A stretch of DNA of 64,000 nt. It comes from Clostridium sp. (GTDB lineage Bacteria > Bacillota > Clostridia > Clostridiales > Clostridiaceae). The position numbers and the translations under genes are program-made. The notes beneath the pieces are model-generated. The model searched no databases, had not been told where the DNA came from, and saw nothing but the letters and a program-made list of their open reading frames with translations. Of the stretch, positions 42,408-52,581 are shown one piece after another; position 1 is the stretch's first letter; each line of letters opens with the position of its first letter. Location: positions 2,722-66,721 of the forward strand of contig NZ_JAVXRL010000008.1 in the NCBI RefSeq assembly GCF_036643715.1, read 5' to 3'.

Positions 42408-43361
42408 ATGAATTATTTTATAGACTTTGTAATTTCCTTTGTAGTCGTTACAATTCTTACACCATTACTTATGAAGTTATCTCATAAGATAGGGTTTACA
42501 GATAAACCGACTAAAAGAAAGAAACATAAGAAGATAACTCCACTTTCTGGAGGACTAGGAATGTTTATAGGATTTTTTACTGTTCTATATATAAGGAATG
42601 GTAAATTTGATAATGAAATGATGTGGATCTTCATAGGAGCCATATTAATAGTATGTATAGGCCTTGTAGATGATTATTATAAATCAGTAGGAAAAGAATT
42701 TCCTATATTGCCAAGACTTATAATACAAATATTGGCTGCTGTTATAGTCTTTAAAGCAGGAGTTGCATTTAATGGTTTTACTAATCCTTTTACAGGAGTA
42801 TATGTAGAACTAAATGAATTTTTAAAATTTGTACTTAGTGTAACTTGGATATTTGGAGTTACAACAGTTATAAACTGGTCAGACGGAATGGACGGCTTAG
42901 CTGGAAGTATATCACTTGTATCATCTGGTACATTTTTTATAGCCGCAATTATTTTGGGCCAACAGTACTCAGCAACTACATCAATTATACTTGCAGGTGC
43001 TATTGGAGGATTTTTAGTATTTAATAAATATCCAGCAAAAGTGTTCATGGGGGATTCAGGTGCAAATTTCTTAGGCTTTATACTTAGTATAATAGCTTTA
43101 GATGGTGCTTTTAAGCAAGCAACAGTACTTAGCTTAATGTTGCCAATATTAGCGCTAGCAGTACCTATATTTGATAATCTTTTTGTTATATTTAAAAGAT
43201 TCAATGAAGGAAAGCCGGTATATCAAGCTGACAGAAGTCAAATGCATTTCAGATTAGAAGAAAAGGGTTTAACTAAACCTCAAATAGTACATTTAATAGT
43301 TGGAATAAGTATAATTTGTTCATTTTTATCAATTGTATTATTATTCTATAATCATCCATAG
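42408..43361 (+). CDS. MraY/TagO/WecA-family undecaprenyl-phosphate sugar-1-phosphate transferase
   Basis: 'GLVDD', 'INWSDGMDGL', 'FMGDSG', 'ADRSQMH'. Confidence 0.88.
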   Translation: MNYFIDFVISFVVVTILTPLLMKLSHKIGFTDKPTKRKKHKKITPLSGGLGMFIGFFTVLYIRNGKFDNEMMWIFIGAILIVCIGLVDDYYKSVGKEFPILPRLIIQILAAVIVFKAGVAFNGFTNPFTGVYVELNEFLKFVLSVTWIFGVTTVINWSDGMDGLAGSISLVSSGTFFIAAIILGQQYSATTSIILAGAIGGFLVFNKYPAKVFMGDSGANFLGFILSIIALDGAFKQATVLSLMLPILALAVPIFDNLFVIFKRFNEGKPVYQADRSQMHFRLEEKGLTKPQIVHLIVGISIICSFLSIVLLFYNHP

Positions 43362-43449
43362 AGAAAAAGAGTAGCTTTTAGCTACTCTTTTTTGTTTGAC
43401 TTTTTATACATTATTTGGTAGTATGTATAAAACAAAAGGGGGCGATTTT

Positions 43450-43992
43450 ATGTTAAAAGGAAATAAAGTGAAGCTTAGAGCTTATTGTGAAGAAGATATA
43501 GAAAGAGTTGTAGGCTTTATAAACGATGAAGAAGTTAAGAAGTTTTTGTGTATTGAAACACCTTTTCCAATGACAAAATGGGAAGAGGTCGAGTGGATTA
43601 AAAGTAGAAAAGCTACTAAAGAACAAACTTATGACTTTGCAATTGAAGAGTTAGAAAATGGTAAAGTAATTGGTGGATGCAGTATTAATGAAAGTAGTAT
43701 TAAAAATAGAAACTGCGTAATTGGTATTATGATTGGGGATAAAAATTATTGGGGAAAAGGGTATGGTTTTGACGCATTATCAATACTTATAAAATTTATA
43801 TTTGAAGAGTGTAATATGGAAAAGATTAAACTTAGTGTTTTTGAATTAAACCCTAGAGCTAAAGCTTGTTATAAGAAGTTAGGATTTAAGGAAGAAGGAA
43901 TACTTAAAAATGAAATATATCGAGAAGGAAAATATTATGATGTAACTTTAATGGCTATATTCAAAGAAGATTATTTTAAAAATAGAAATTAG
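43450..43992 (+). CDS. GNAT N-acetyltransferase, RimJ/RimL type
   Basis: ATG 43450. 'YWGKGYG', 'NPRAKACYKKLGFKEEG'. Confidence 0.85.
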   Translation: MLKGNKVKLRAYCEEDIERVVGFINDEEVKKFLCIETPFPMTKWEEVEWIKSRKATKEQTYDFAIEELENGKVIGGCSINESSIKNRNCVIGIMIGDKNYWGKGYGFDALSILIKFIFEECNMEKIKLSVFELNPRAKACYKKLGFKEEGILKNEIYREGKYYDVTLMAIFKEDYFKNRN

Positions 43993-44045
43993 AATATATT
44001 TACAAAAGTTTAAGTTTAATATATAATAATATACAACAATTGGAA

Positions 44046-44130
44046 ATCTTATCAAGAGTGGTGGAGGGACTGGCCCTATGAAACCCAGCAACCTATATAA
44101 AATGTGGTGCTAATTCCAGACAGATAAGGA
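44046..44130 (+). promoter_or_regulatory. SAM-I (S-box) riboswitch aptamer, apparently without P4
   Basis: CTTATCAAGAG-TGGTGGAGGGACTGGCCCTATGAAACCCAGCAACC...GGTGCTAATTCC-agaca-GATAAG, upstream of metF. Confidence 0.92.
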
Positions 44131-44147
44131 TATAAATTTGAGATTAT

Positions 44148-44179
44148 AAGTCTTAGGTATTATCCTAAGACTTTTTTTT
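44148..44179 (+). terminator. SAM riboswitch expression-platform terminator
   Basis: aagtcttagg-tattat-cctaagactt plus T-run before the metF RBS. Confidence 0.85.
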
Positions 44180-44198
44180 ATAAAAAAGGGGGCTATTT

Positions 44199-45086
44199 AT
44201 GAATATTAGAGAGATTTTTAATGAAAAAAAATTAGTATTATCTTTTGAAGTATTTCCACCAAAGAGTACTTCGCCTGTTAAGAGTATTTATACAGCGTTG
44301 AATGAACTTAGCAGTTTAAGACCAGATTTTATTAGTGTAACCTATGGGGCAGGTGGAAGTCTTACAAATAATAAGACTTCTGAAATTTCATCATTAATAA
44401 AAAATGTGTACAATATTGAGGCATTAGCACATTTAACATGTATATCTTCGAGAAAAGAGGATATAGATATTATTACAGAACATTTAGAACTTGAAGGAGT
44501 ATCAAATATTTTAGCTTTAAGAGGAGATGGGGAGTCTAATCTTAATATAGATTATAAATATGCAACAGAACTTATTGATTATATTAGGGAAAAGAATAAG
44601 TTTAATATAATTTCTGCATGTTATCCTGAAGGTCATATAGAAAATAAAGGATTAGAAGAAGAAATAATGAATATGAAAAGAAAAGTTTCATCTGGAACTA
44701 CAAGTTTTATATCACAATTATTTTTTGATAATAATCTATACTATAACTTTTTAGAGAAAACAAGAAATAATGGAATTGAAGTTCCTATTCAAGCTGGTAT
44801 TATGCCAGTTATCAATAAGAAACAAATTGATAGAATATCTTCTATGTGTGGGGCGAGCATTCCAACTAAATTTAGAAAGATAATGGAGAAGTATGAGTAT
44901 AACAGCGAAGCATTAAGAGAAGCTGGTATTGCATACGCTGTAGAGCAAATAATTGATTTGGCATCAAGTGGGGTTGATGGGATACATCTTTATACAATGA
45001 ATAATCCATATGTAGCAAGAAGGATTAAAGAAAATGTAGATATAATAATAAAATCAATAAATGAAGAGGGGGAAACTATAGCATGA
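44199..45086 (+). CDS. metF: 5,10-methylenetetrahydrofolate reductase
   Basis: 'SFEVFPPK', 'SVTYGAGG', 'AHLTC', 'LALRGD', 'YPEGH', 'SQLFFD', 'HLYTMN'. Confidence 0.95.
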   Translation: MNIREIFNEKKLVLSFEVFPPKSTSPVKSIYTALNELSSLRPDFISVTYGAGGSLTNNKTSEISSLIKNVYNIEALAHLTCISSRKEDIDIITEHLELEGVSNILALRGDGESNLNIDYKYATELIDYIREKNKFNIISACYPEGHIENKGLEEEIMNMKRKVSSGTTSFISQLFFDNNLYYNFLEKTRNNGIEVPIQAGIMPVINKKQIDRISSMCGASIPTKFRKIMEKYEYNSEALREAGIAYAVEQIIDLASSGVDGIHLYTMNNPYVARRIKENVDIIIKSINEEGETIA

Positions 45087-45538
45087 AGAAAGTTGAGAGT
45101 TTTGAATTAGATCATAGAAAGGTTAAGGCGCCGTATATAAGAAGATGTGCACACTTAGAAGGAGTGGAAGGTAATTCTATAAGTAAGTTTGATATTAGAT
45201 TTCTTCAGCCTAACGAAGAAGCATTTGGTACAGCAGCTATGCATGCATTAGAGCATATTTTAGCTTATAATGTAAGAGGGTTTTTAGATGGAGTAATTGA
45301 CATTTCACCAATGGGATGTAGAACAGGATTCTATTTAATTGTTTGGGGAGATAGAGATTGCACAGAAGTTAAGGCGGCTGTCGAAAAAGTTCTAGAAATT
45401 GTTATAGAATCAACTGATGTTCCAGCTAATAATGAAGTGCAATGTGGAAATTACAAAGATCTTTCTTTATTTGGTGCAAAGGAATATGCAAAGGAAATAT
45501 TAAAGAAAGGTTTTTCTTTAAATATATATGGACAATAA
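45083..45538 (+). CDS. luxS: S-ribosylhomocysteine lyase
   Basis: 'VESFELDH', 'HALEH', 'SPMGCRTGFY', 'QCGNY'. ATGA overlap with metF. Confidence 0.96.
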   Translation: MKKVESFELDHRKVKAPYIRRCAHLEGVEGNSISKFDIRFLQPNEEAFGTAAMHALEHILAYNVRGFLDGVIDISPMGCRTGFYLIVWGDRDCTEVKAAVEKVLEIVIESTDVPANNEVQCGNYKDLSLFGAKEYAKEILKKGFSLNIYGQ

Positions 45539-46226
45539 TGTGAGTTTAAACATTGATGAAAATGAAGTTCTTCGCTATTTAGGATACAAAGGCCAAGTAA
45601 TAGGAGAAGAACTTCTTCTAAAAATAAGAAGTACAATAGAAGAGGGAAAGAAACTTATTAAACCCAAGATTATATATAAAGAGTATGATATAAATAGCCT
45701 AGATAAAGGAATAGAAGTTATTGGAACTACATTAGTTTTAGAGGGGAAAGATATAAAAAACCTTTTGAAAGAGTGTAATAGATGTGTATTAATGGCGGCA
45801 ACTATTGGAAATTATATAGAAAAGAAAATAAGGTTTTATGAGAAGATAGACCTTACAAGAGCATTGATTTTAGATGCTGTTTCTACTACTGCAGTTGAAT
45901 GTTTATGTGATAGTGTATGTACTTCAATTGAAGATTCTTTAATTAAAGATAATTTAGAACTCACTTTTAGGTATAGCCCTGGATATGGAGACTTGAATTT
46001 AAACATTCAAAGAGATTTTATAAATGTTTTAAATGGATCTAAAGAAATTGGAGTTAATGTTTCAAAACATATGATATTATTTCCTAGGAAATCTGTAACT
46101 GCTATAGTTGGAATAAGAAGAAAATTAGGAGAAAAGGCTAAAAAAAGTTGTATTAATTGCGGAAACTACGAAATTTGCTTATATAGAAAAGAGGAGAATG
46201 CTTGTGGATGTACGAGAATATGTTAA
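45528..46226 (+). CDS. Stand-alone methionine synthase activation-domain protein
   Basis: 'EVLRYLGY', 'MAATIG', 'RYSPGYGDL', 'PRKSVTAIVG'. Overlaps luxS and metH. Confidence 0.85.
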   Translation: MDNNVSLNIDENEVLRYLGYKGQVIGEELLLKIRSTIEEGKKLIKPKIIYKEYDINSLDKGIEVIGTTLVLEGKDIKNLLKECNRCVLMAATIGNYIEKKIRFYEKIDLTRALILDAVSTTAVECLCDSVCTSIEDSLIKDNLELTFRYSPGYGDLNLNIQRDFINVLNGSKEIGVNVSKHMILFPRKSVTAIVGIRRKLGEKAKKSCINCGNYEICLYRKEENACGCTRIC

Positions 46227-48597
46227 AGAAAATATAGTAGTATTTGATGGTGCTATGGGAACTATGCTTCAAGATTTAGGAGTTAAGCTTGGAGAAAATA
46301 TGGAAAAGCTTAATATTACAGAAAGTGAAAAGATAAGAGATATACATAAACAGTATATAAAGAGTGGTGCGAGTGTTATTACAACTAATACTTTCGGCGC
46401 TAATGAAATTAAATTAGAAAATACAGTATATTCAGTTGAAGAAATAATAGATAAGGCAGTCTTAATTGCTAAGGAAGCAAGAGGAAATAATAAATGTTAC
46501 ATTGCGTTGGATATAGGTCCTATTGGAGAGTTATTAGAACCTATGGGAACATTAAGTTTTGAAAAGGCGATTAATATATTTAAAAGACAAATAATTCAAG
46601 GTGTAAAGTCTGGTGTAGATTTAATATTAATTGAAACTATGACAGATCTTTATGAAATGAAAGCTGCAATAATTGCAGCAAAAGAAGTTTGTGATTTACC
46701 TATATTCGCAAGTATGACATTTGAAGAGGATGGTAGAACATTTACTGGATGTCTTCCTGAAAGTATGGCTATAACATTAGAAGCTTTAGGTGTGGATGCA
46801 GTAGGAATTAATTGCTCACTAGGACCTAAAGAACTTAGTAATATAGCTAAAAAAGTAATAAACAATACTAATCTACCAGTAATACTTCAGCCAAATGCAG
46901 GCCTTCCCAAAATTGTTGATGGAAAAGCAGTTTACAATATAAGTAAAGAAGAATTTAAGAAAGAAGTTGAGAAGTTAGTTAATATTGGTGTATCAATTAT
47001 AGGAGGGTGTTGTGGGACAACTCCCGATTTTATTAAAGAGCTTAATAAAATTAAGAAAAATAAAAAAAGAGTTTTAAGGAATGAAGTTAGTATTTATGCA
47101 GTTACTTCACCATCAAAAGTTGTATATATAGACGAAGTTAGAGTAATTGGAGAGCGAATAAATCCAACAGGTAAAAAATTATTTAAAAAGGCTCTTATTG
47201 ATAGGGATATGGACTATATATTAAAGCAAGCTATAGAACAAGTAGAAGGTGGAGCTGAAATATTAGATGTTAATGTTGGACTTCCAGAAATAAACGAAGA
47301 GGAAATTATGGAAAGTGCAATAAAAGAAATTCAAGGAATATTAGACATTCCACTTCAAATTGATTCAGGAAAGAGTAAAGTGATAGAGAAAGGACTTAGA
47401 GTGTATAATGGTAAGCCTATAGTTAACTCTGTAACTGGAGAAATTAAAGTTCTAGATAGAGTACTTCCTCTAGTTAAGAAGTATGGAGGAGCTGTTGTAG
47501 GGCTTACATTAGATAATAGAGGAATACCAAGCAGTGCAGAAGAAAGATATGAAATAGCAAATACAATTGTAACTAAAGCTATAGAGTATGGAATAAAGAG
47601 AGAAGACGTATATATAGATTGTTTAACATTAACAGTATCAGCGCAGCAAGAAGATGTAATGGAAACACTTAAAGCTGTAAAATTAGTTAAAGATAGGCTT
47701 AATGTTAAAACTCTTTTAGGAGTATCAAATATATCTTTTGGACTTCCAAATAGAGACTTGATAAATGAAACATTTCTAGCATTAGCATTAAATTCAGGGC
47801 TGGATCTTCCGATAATGAATCCTAATAAAGAGGGGATGATGAACGTTATTAATTCATTTAAAGTCCTAAACAATAATGATAAAAAAGCTAAATGTTTTAT
47901 AGAGAAGTATGGAAATAAAAAGATTGAAAGAGTTATAGTACAAGATGAGAAACCTAAGACTGAAAATAATGATGAAGAATCATTACAAAATTCTATAATA
48001 AAGGGGCTTAAAAACAGTACTAAAAAGTATACTGAGGAGCTACTTAAAAGCAAAAGTGAACTTGAAATAGTTAATGAATACTTAATACCAGCATTAGATA
48101 AGGTAGCAGAAAAGTATGAGAGTGGAGAAATATTTCTTCCTCAATTAATTCAATCTGCAGAAACTGTGAAAGTGTCTTTTGATATTATTAAGGAGCGATT
48201 AATTAATAGCAATATTACAGGAGTTTGTAAGGGGGATATATTACTAGCTACAGTTAAGGGGGATGTACACGATATAGGTAAAAATATAGTTAAAGTTATT
48301 TTAGAAAATTACGGATATAACATTTTAGATTTAGGTAAAGATGTTCCTATTGAAAAAGTTGTAAATGAAGCTATAAAAAATAATATTAAGCTTGTTGGAT
48401 TAAGTGCACTTATGACAACAACAATAAAGTCAATGGAGGATACAATTGCCCAGTTAAAAAAAGCAGGATATAAAGGTAAAATAATGGTTGGTGGAGCTGT
48501 TTTAACTAAGGATTATTCTGAAAAAATAGGGGCAGATTATTACTCTAAAGATGCAAAAATGAGTGTTGAGATCGCTAAGGAAATATTCGACAATTAA
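46198..48597 (+). CDS. metH: Cobalamin-dependent methionine synthase lacking the activation domain
   Basis: 'FDGAMGTMLQ', 'GINCS', 'GGCCGTTP', 'IGERINPTG', B12 motif 'DVHDIGKNIV'. Confidence 0.93.
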   Translation: MLVDVREYVKENIVVFDGAMGTMLQDLGVKLGENMEKLNITESEKIRDIHKQYIKSGASVITTNTFGANEIKLENTVYSVEEIIDKAVLIAKEARGNNKCYIALDIGPIGELLEPMGTLSFEKAINIFKRQIIQGVKSGVDLILIETMTDLYEMKAAIIAAKEVCDLPIFASMTFEEDGRTFTGCLPESMAITLEALGVDAVGINCSLGPKELSNIAKKVINNTNLPVILQPNAGLPKIVDGKAVYNISKEEFKKEVEKLVNIGVSIIGGCCGTTPDFIKELNKIKKNKKRVLRNEVSIYAVTSPSKVVYIDEVRVIGERINPTGKKLFKKALIDRDMDYILKQAIEQVEGGAEILDVNVGLPEINEEEIMESAIKEIQGILDIPLQIDSGKSKVIEKGLRVYNGKPIVNSVTGEIKVLDRVLPLVKKYGGAVVGLTLDNRGIPSSAEERYEIANTIVTKAIEYGIKREDVYIDCLTLTVSAQQEDVMETLKAVKLVKDRLNVKTLLGVSNISFGLPNRDLINETFLALALNSGLDLPIMNPNKEGMMNVINSFKVLNNNDKKAKCFIEKYGNKKIERVIVQDEKPKTENNDEESLQNSIIKGLKNSTKKYTEELLKSKSELEIVNEYLIPALDKVAEKYESGEIFLPQLIQSAETVKVSFDIIKERLINSNITGVCKGDILLATVKGDVHDIGKNIVKVILENYGYNILDLGKDVPIEKVVNEAIKNNIKLVGLSALMTTTIKSMEDTIAQLKKAGYKGKIMVGGAVLTKDYSEKIGADYYSKDAKMSVEIAKEIFDN

Positions 48598-48611
48598 ATA
48601 GAACATGTAAA

Positions 48612-48650
48612 AATAGGGTGTATTTTTAGTATAAATACACCCTATTCTTA
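48612..48650 (+). terminator. Hairpin terminator after metH
   Basis: aatagggtgtattt / aaatacaccctatt. Confidence 0.65.
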
Positions 48651-48790
48651 ATATTAATTATAATTATCTGAATATTTTATAATTAAATTCTTAATACTTT
48701 TCAACAAATATTTACATGGACAATCTTTTATGATATTTTTAATACTCAAGGGGATAAAGGAAATAAAACTACTTAATGAGGGGATTTTAG

Positions 48791-49462
48791 ATGGGAAAGA
48801 ATAATAAAAATAAAATAAAATTTTGTATGTTTGTAATTATAGTTTCAGTTTGTATATTTACATTAGTTGAAAACTGGAGTATTTTGAGTAATTTAGATAC
48901 GGATAAAATAGCTTCTTTTATAAAAGAGAGGGGAATATTTTCATCTGTTTTATATTTACTATTCTTTATAGTAAAACCATTTTTCGTAATTATACCAACA
49001 AACATAATTGCCATAGCAGGTGGCACAATGTTTGGACCAATAAGAGGTTTTTTACTAACGATGGCAGGTTTTTTCATTTCAGGAACTGTAGCTTTTTTTG
49101 TAGCTAGATACTTAGGTAGAGATTTTGTAGAAGGAATAATTGGTAAGAAATTTATAAAGTTAGAAGATAATATGGAGAAAAACGGTTTTAAAATATTATT
49201 TCTATTAAGATTACCACCAATTTTACCATATGATCCATTAAGTTATGCCTGTGGATTAACTAAAATAAAGTATAAAGATTTTATTCTAGCATCACTTTTA
49301 GGAGTAATACCAGAGACTGCATGTTATTCTGTATTAGGTAAAAGCTTTAGTAATCCTTTTTCTATAGAATTTTTATTACCAATCGGTATTTTAATGATTG
49401 GTGTAATATCCTCTAAATTTTTAATAAAATCAAAAAAGCAAACTGAAGTACCAGCAGAGTAA
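48791..49462 (+). CDS. TVP38/TMEM64 (DedA-superfamily) membrane protein
   Basis: 'AIAGGTMFG', 'FFVARYLGR', 'LRLPPILPYD', 'SYACGLT', 'SLLGVIP'. Confidence 0.88.
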   Translation: MGKNNKNKIKFCMFVIIVSVCIFTLVENWSILSNLDTDKIASFIKERGIFSSVLYLLFFIVKPFFVIIPTNIIAIAGGTMFGPIRGFLLTMAGFFISGTVAFFVARYLGRDFVEGIIGKKFIKLEDNMEKNGFKILFLLRLPPILPYDPLSYACGLTKIKYKDFILASLLGVIPETACYSVLGKSFSNPFSIEFLLPIGILMIGVISSKFLIKSKKQTEVPAE

Positions 49463-49646
49463 TATAAACATAACGGTTAATATATAGTGCTATATCAATT
49501 TATTTTGATATGGCACTTTTTTAATTTATTTCATAATAATAAAATATATGTTAAAGTAATGTTCAAATTCTAAAATGAAATAGCATTTCCTTTATATGGT
49601 ATAATATTAATTATGAAAGATTATAATAAAGCAGGGGGAGAGGACA

Positions 49647-50585
49647 ATGTTTATAGAGATTAATAAAAAACTTAGAGAGTATAAAGACAGTATAATTTTA
49701 AAAGAATCTTTAGAAGATAAGCTTAAAAAGTTGGAAGAAACGCTAAACTTAAAAAAGAAAGAACAAAGATATTTAAAAAGCTTGCTAGATAAAGAGGAAA
49801 AGTCAGTTAAACGTTTAGAAAATCTATCTATTTACAAATTAATAGCAACTGTTTTAAGGAATAAGAATAGAAAGATTAAAAAGGAAGAAGAGGATTATAT
49901 TATTTCTAAAATACAGTATGAAGAATGTCTTTCAATGATACATGGTTATGAAAAAGAATATAATAGTATCAAATCTAGAATTAATAGTTTAGGAGATATA
50001 GAGGACAAGTATAACAAACTTTTAGAAGATAAGTATAATTTAATTAGACAAGATTGTGTAGACAATATTAAAATACTTCAAATTGAAAAAGATAGAAATG
50101 CATTGATGAAAGAAAAGATAGAATTAGATGAAGCAATTAGAGAAGGTAGAAAGTGTATAACTTTAGTTAATAAAATAATAAGCAATTTAGAAAGTGCAGA
50201 AAAATTCGGAACTTATGATATTATAGGTGGAGGATTTTTATCTTCAACAGTTAAGTACAGTAGAATTGACGATGCTGAAAATGAACTAAGAGGTCTTATT
50301 TATACTATTGATAAATTTAAGAAAGAAATTTCAGATGTTAAAATAATGCTTCCAGAAAGTATATTAGAGATAGATAAATTTACCTATACATTAGACGTAA
50401 TTTTTGATAATGTTTTTTCTGATATATCAGTACAAAGAAAAATAAAATCATCCATAAAAAATATAAAAAATTTAAAAAGTAAGATAGTAGAAGTGAATTA
50501 CTTGTTAGAAGATAAAAACTCAGATATAAATGATAATATATCTGAATTAAACTTTAAACTTAGTGAAATAATTGAAAATATATAA
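49647..50585 (+). CDS. Coiled-coil hypothetical protein
   Basis: Heptad-rich. Motifs 'YDIIGGG' and 'DVIFDNVFSD' suggest a conserved family of unknown function. Confidence 0.7.
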   Translation: MFIEINKKLREYKDSIILKESLEDKLKKLEETLNLKKKEQRYLKSLLDKEEKSVKRLENLSIYKLIATVLRNKNRKIKKEEEDYIISKIQYEECLSMIHGYEKEYNSIKSRINSLGDIEDKYNKLLEDKYNLIRQDCVDNIKILQIEKDRNALMKEKIELDEAIREGRKCITLVNKIISNLESAEKFGTYDIIGGGFLSSTVKYSRIDDAENELRGLIYTIDKFKKEISDVKIMLPESILEIDKFTYTLDVIFDNVFSDISVQRKIKSSIKNIKNLKSKIVEVNYLLEDKNSDINDNISELNFKLSEIIENI

Positions 50586-50706
50586 AGGTCTTATTTTTAA
50601 TCTTACATAAATGAAAGACTCCAGTAATGTTAATAAATATGTTCTTTTTGTAGTTGAATCTATAATAGGGACATAGAGTTAATAAATTAATTGGAGGCGA
50701 TTACTA

Positions 50707-51420
50707 ATGAGAAATATTTTGTTTAATGAGGGAAAGATAATTGAAGGAATTTTAATTTTAATATTTTTGATTACAGTAAGTTTCGGCTGCTTTATATATA
50801 AATATAAATTAGATAATAGATCATTAAATAGCAAAGTAGATTCAATAAGAAATGGGAAAAATTATATAAAGATTGAAAATATAGATAGCAAATTTTTAAA
50901 TTCAATGGTTGCAATTGAAGACCATAGATTTTATTCACATGGCGCTGTTGATTTTATATCAATTGTTAGAGCAACTGTTAATAATATAAAAGCTGGAAAA
51001 GTAGTACAAGGTGGTAGTACAATAACACAACAATTAGCTAAAAATATGTGTCTTTCAAATGAGAGAAGTTTTAAAAGAAAATTTAAAGAGTTATTTTTAG
51101 CAGTAGAACTTGAAAGAAAATACTCAAAGAAAGAATTATTAGAGCTATATGTAAATGTAATAAATTTTGGAGATGGATATGTGGGAATAGGTGAGGCTTC
51201 AGAAGGATACTTTGGTAAAAAAGCAAGTAACTTAAATTTTGATCAAGCAACAATACTAGCTGGATTACCACAAGCACCTAGTCGTTATGCACTTAGTAAC
51301 AATAATGGACTTGCAAAAAAGAGACAAAAACAAGTTATAAATGCGTTAGAGAGATATAATGGAGTAAAAGAAAAAGATACAGTAGTTGCTTTAGAAGTTT
51401 CATATAAAACTACAAATTAA
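50707..51420 (+). CDS. Monofunctional peptidoglycan transglycosylase (GT51)
   Basis: 'EDHRFYSH', 'GGSTITQQLAKN', 'RKFKE', 'LELYVN'. No transpeptidase domain. Confidence 0.9.
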   Translation: MRNILFNEGKIIEGILILIFLITVSFGCFIYKYKLDNRSLNSKVDSIRNGKNYIKIENIDSKFLNSMVAIEDHRFYSHGAVDFISIVRATVNNIKAGKVVQGGSTITQQLAKNMCLSNERSFKRKFKELFLAVELERKYSKKELLELYVNVINFGDGYVGIGEASEGYFGKKASNLNFDQATILAGLPQAPSRYALSNNNGLAKKRQKQVINALERYNGVKEKDTVVALEVSYKTTN

Positions 51421-51532
51421 TAAGCAGAACTTATGGCCCACATAATATATACGTATATATTGTGTGGGCTTAGTCTATGATATAATATTACTAAGGGTAA
51501 TATTATTGGAAATAGGTATATGGGGTGGTATT

Positions 51533-52396
51533 ATGGTTAAAGATTACTTAGAACTTACTGTAGATGAAAAAGATAAAACGTTATTATTTATAGATAGAAA
51601 TAATGGAAGTATTTCTTTATCAGAGATGGATAGAATGTTTAAAAGTAAAGTTTATGGCTATGGAAAAGGAATACTAATTTTAGAACAAAATAATAAAGTA
51701 ATTGGAATTGGAAGAATAGTATTACAAGAGATTAAAATTACAGGAATAGCATATATACATTTTTTAGATATATTAGAAGATTTAGATGATACAAAAGAAG
51801 TAATAAAAGAATTAATTAATGAATGTTTTACAAAAGCTGAGGAACATAAGGCAAAGAAAATACTTCTTGGGTTTAGAAAAAGAGAAACAACCGAAATGCT
51901 TCATGAAATTGGATTTGATGCAGATTATGAGGCTAAGATTATGACTTTAAATGATAGAGAAAAAAGAGAAGATATATTAAATATTGAAGAGATAAATGAA
52001 AATAATATAAAAGAATATATTAAGCTATATAATGAATCCTTTAATAATATGCCTCATGGGGCGTCATTAGATGAAGAAGAAGCAAATGGCTTTTTAAATG
52101 AGAGCAATACTTGCAATAAATATTTTATAGTTTCTAATTCAAAAGAAAATATAGGAGTTTTAAATACTACTATAGAAGATAACGAAGGTACTTTTGATAT
52201 AGGTCTAAGTAGTAGATTTAGAGGAAAAGGATATGGAAAGAGATTATTAGAAACGGCAATTGATTATTTAAACGAGAAAAAAATACCAAATATTTATTTG
52301 GTTGTTATTGAAACAAATAAAATTGCTTATAATATGTATAAGAAAAGAGGTTTTGAGCAACAAAAAGTACTCAGTTATTGGATAAAATTAAAATAA
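51533..52396 (+). CDS. Tandem-domain GNAT N-acetyltransferase
   Basis: ATG 51533. C-terminal 'FRGKGYGKRLL', 'AYNMYKKRGF'. Confidence 0.82.
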   Translation: MVKDYLELTVDEKDKTLLFIDRNNGSISLSEMDRMFKSKVYGYGKGILILEQNNKVIGIGRIVLQEIKITGIAYIHFLDILEDLDDTKEVIKELINECFTKAEEHKAKKILLGFRKRETTEMLHEIGFDADYEAKIMTLNDREKREDILNIEEINENNIKEYIKLYNESFNNMPHGASLDEEEANGFLNESNTCNKYFIVSNSKENIGVLNTTIEDNEGTFDIGLSSRFRGKGYGKRLLETAIDYLNEKKIPNIYLVVIETNKIAYNMYKKRGFEQQKVLSYWIKLK

Positions 52397-52472
52397 TAAA
52401 AAAAGTAGTACATTTTTTAATAAAATCGAATATAATTATATAGTAAATCTCTTTGCACTGCATATAAATCTA

Positions 52473-52558
52473 CAGTACAAACTGATCAGGCCATAAATTT
52501 TTATTTATGGAGCCGGGCCAAATAGGCAACAGGAATATTATATACCTGTGGGACAGTA
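52473..52558 (+). promoter_or_regulatory. NiCo (czcD) riboswitch aptamer
   Basis: GTACAAACTG-ATCAGG-[ccataaat/atttatgg]-AGCCGG-[gcc/ggc]-AA-[cagg/cctg]-TGGGA-CAGT four-way junction pattern, matching the NiCo consensus as I recall it. Confidence 0.85.
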
Positions 52559-52581
52559 AAATGTTCTACGGGTATTTTTTT
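52543..52581 (+). terminator. Terminator mutually exclusive with the NiCo aptamer
   Basis: tacctgtgggaca-gtaaaa-tgttctacgggta plus T7. The 5' arm uses the P4 and P1 3' strands. Confidence 0.8.

Noticed and set aside
51435-51469. Strong hairpin gcccacataatatatacgtatatattgtgtgggc as a repeat element or ncRNA
   Set aside because: Single copy, directly after a stop codon. Best explained as a terminator or stabilising hairpin of the transglycosylase gene.
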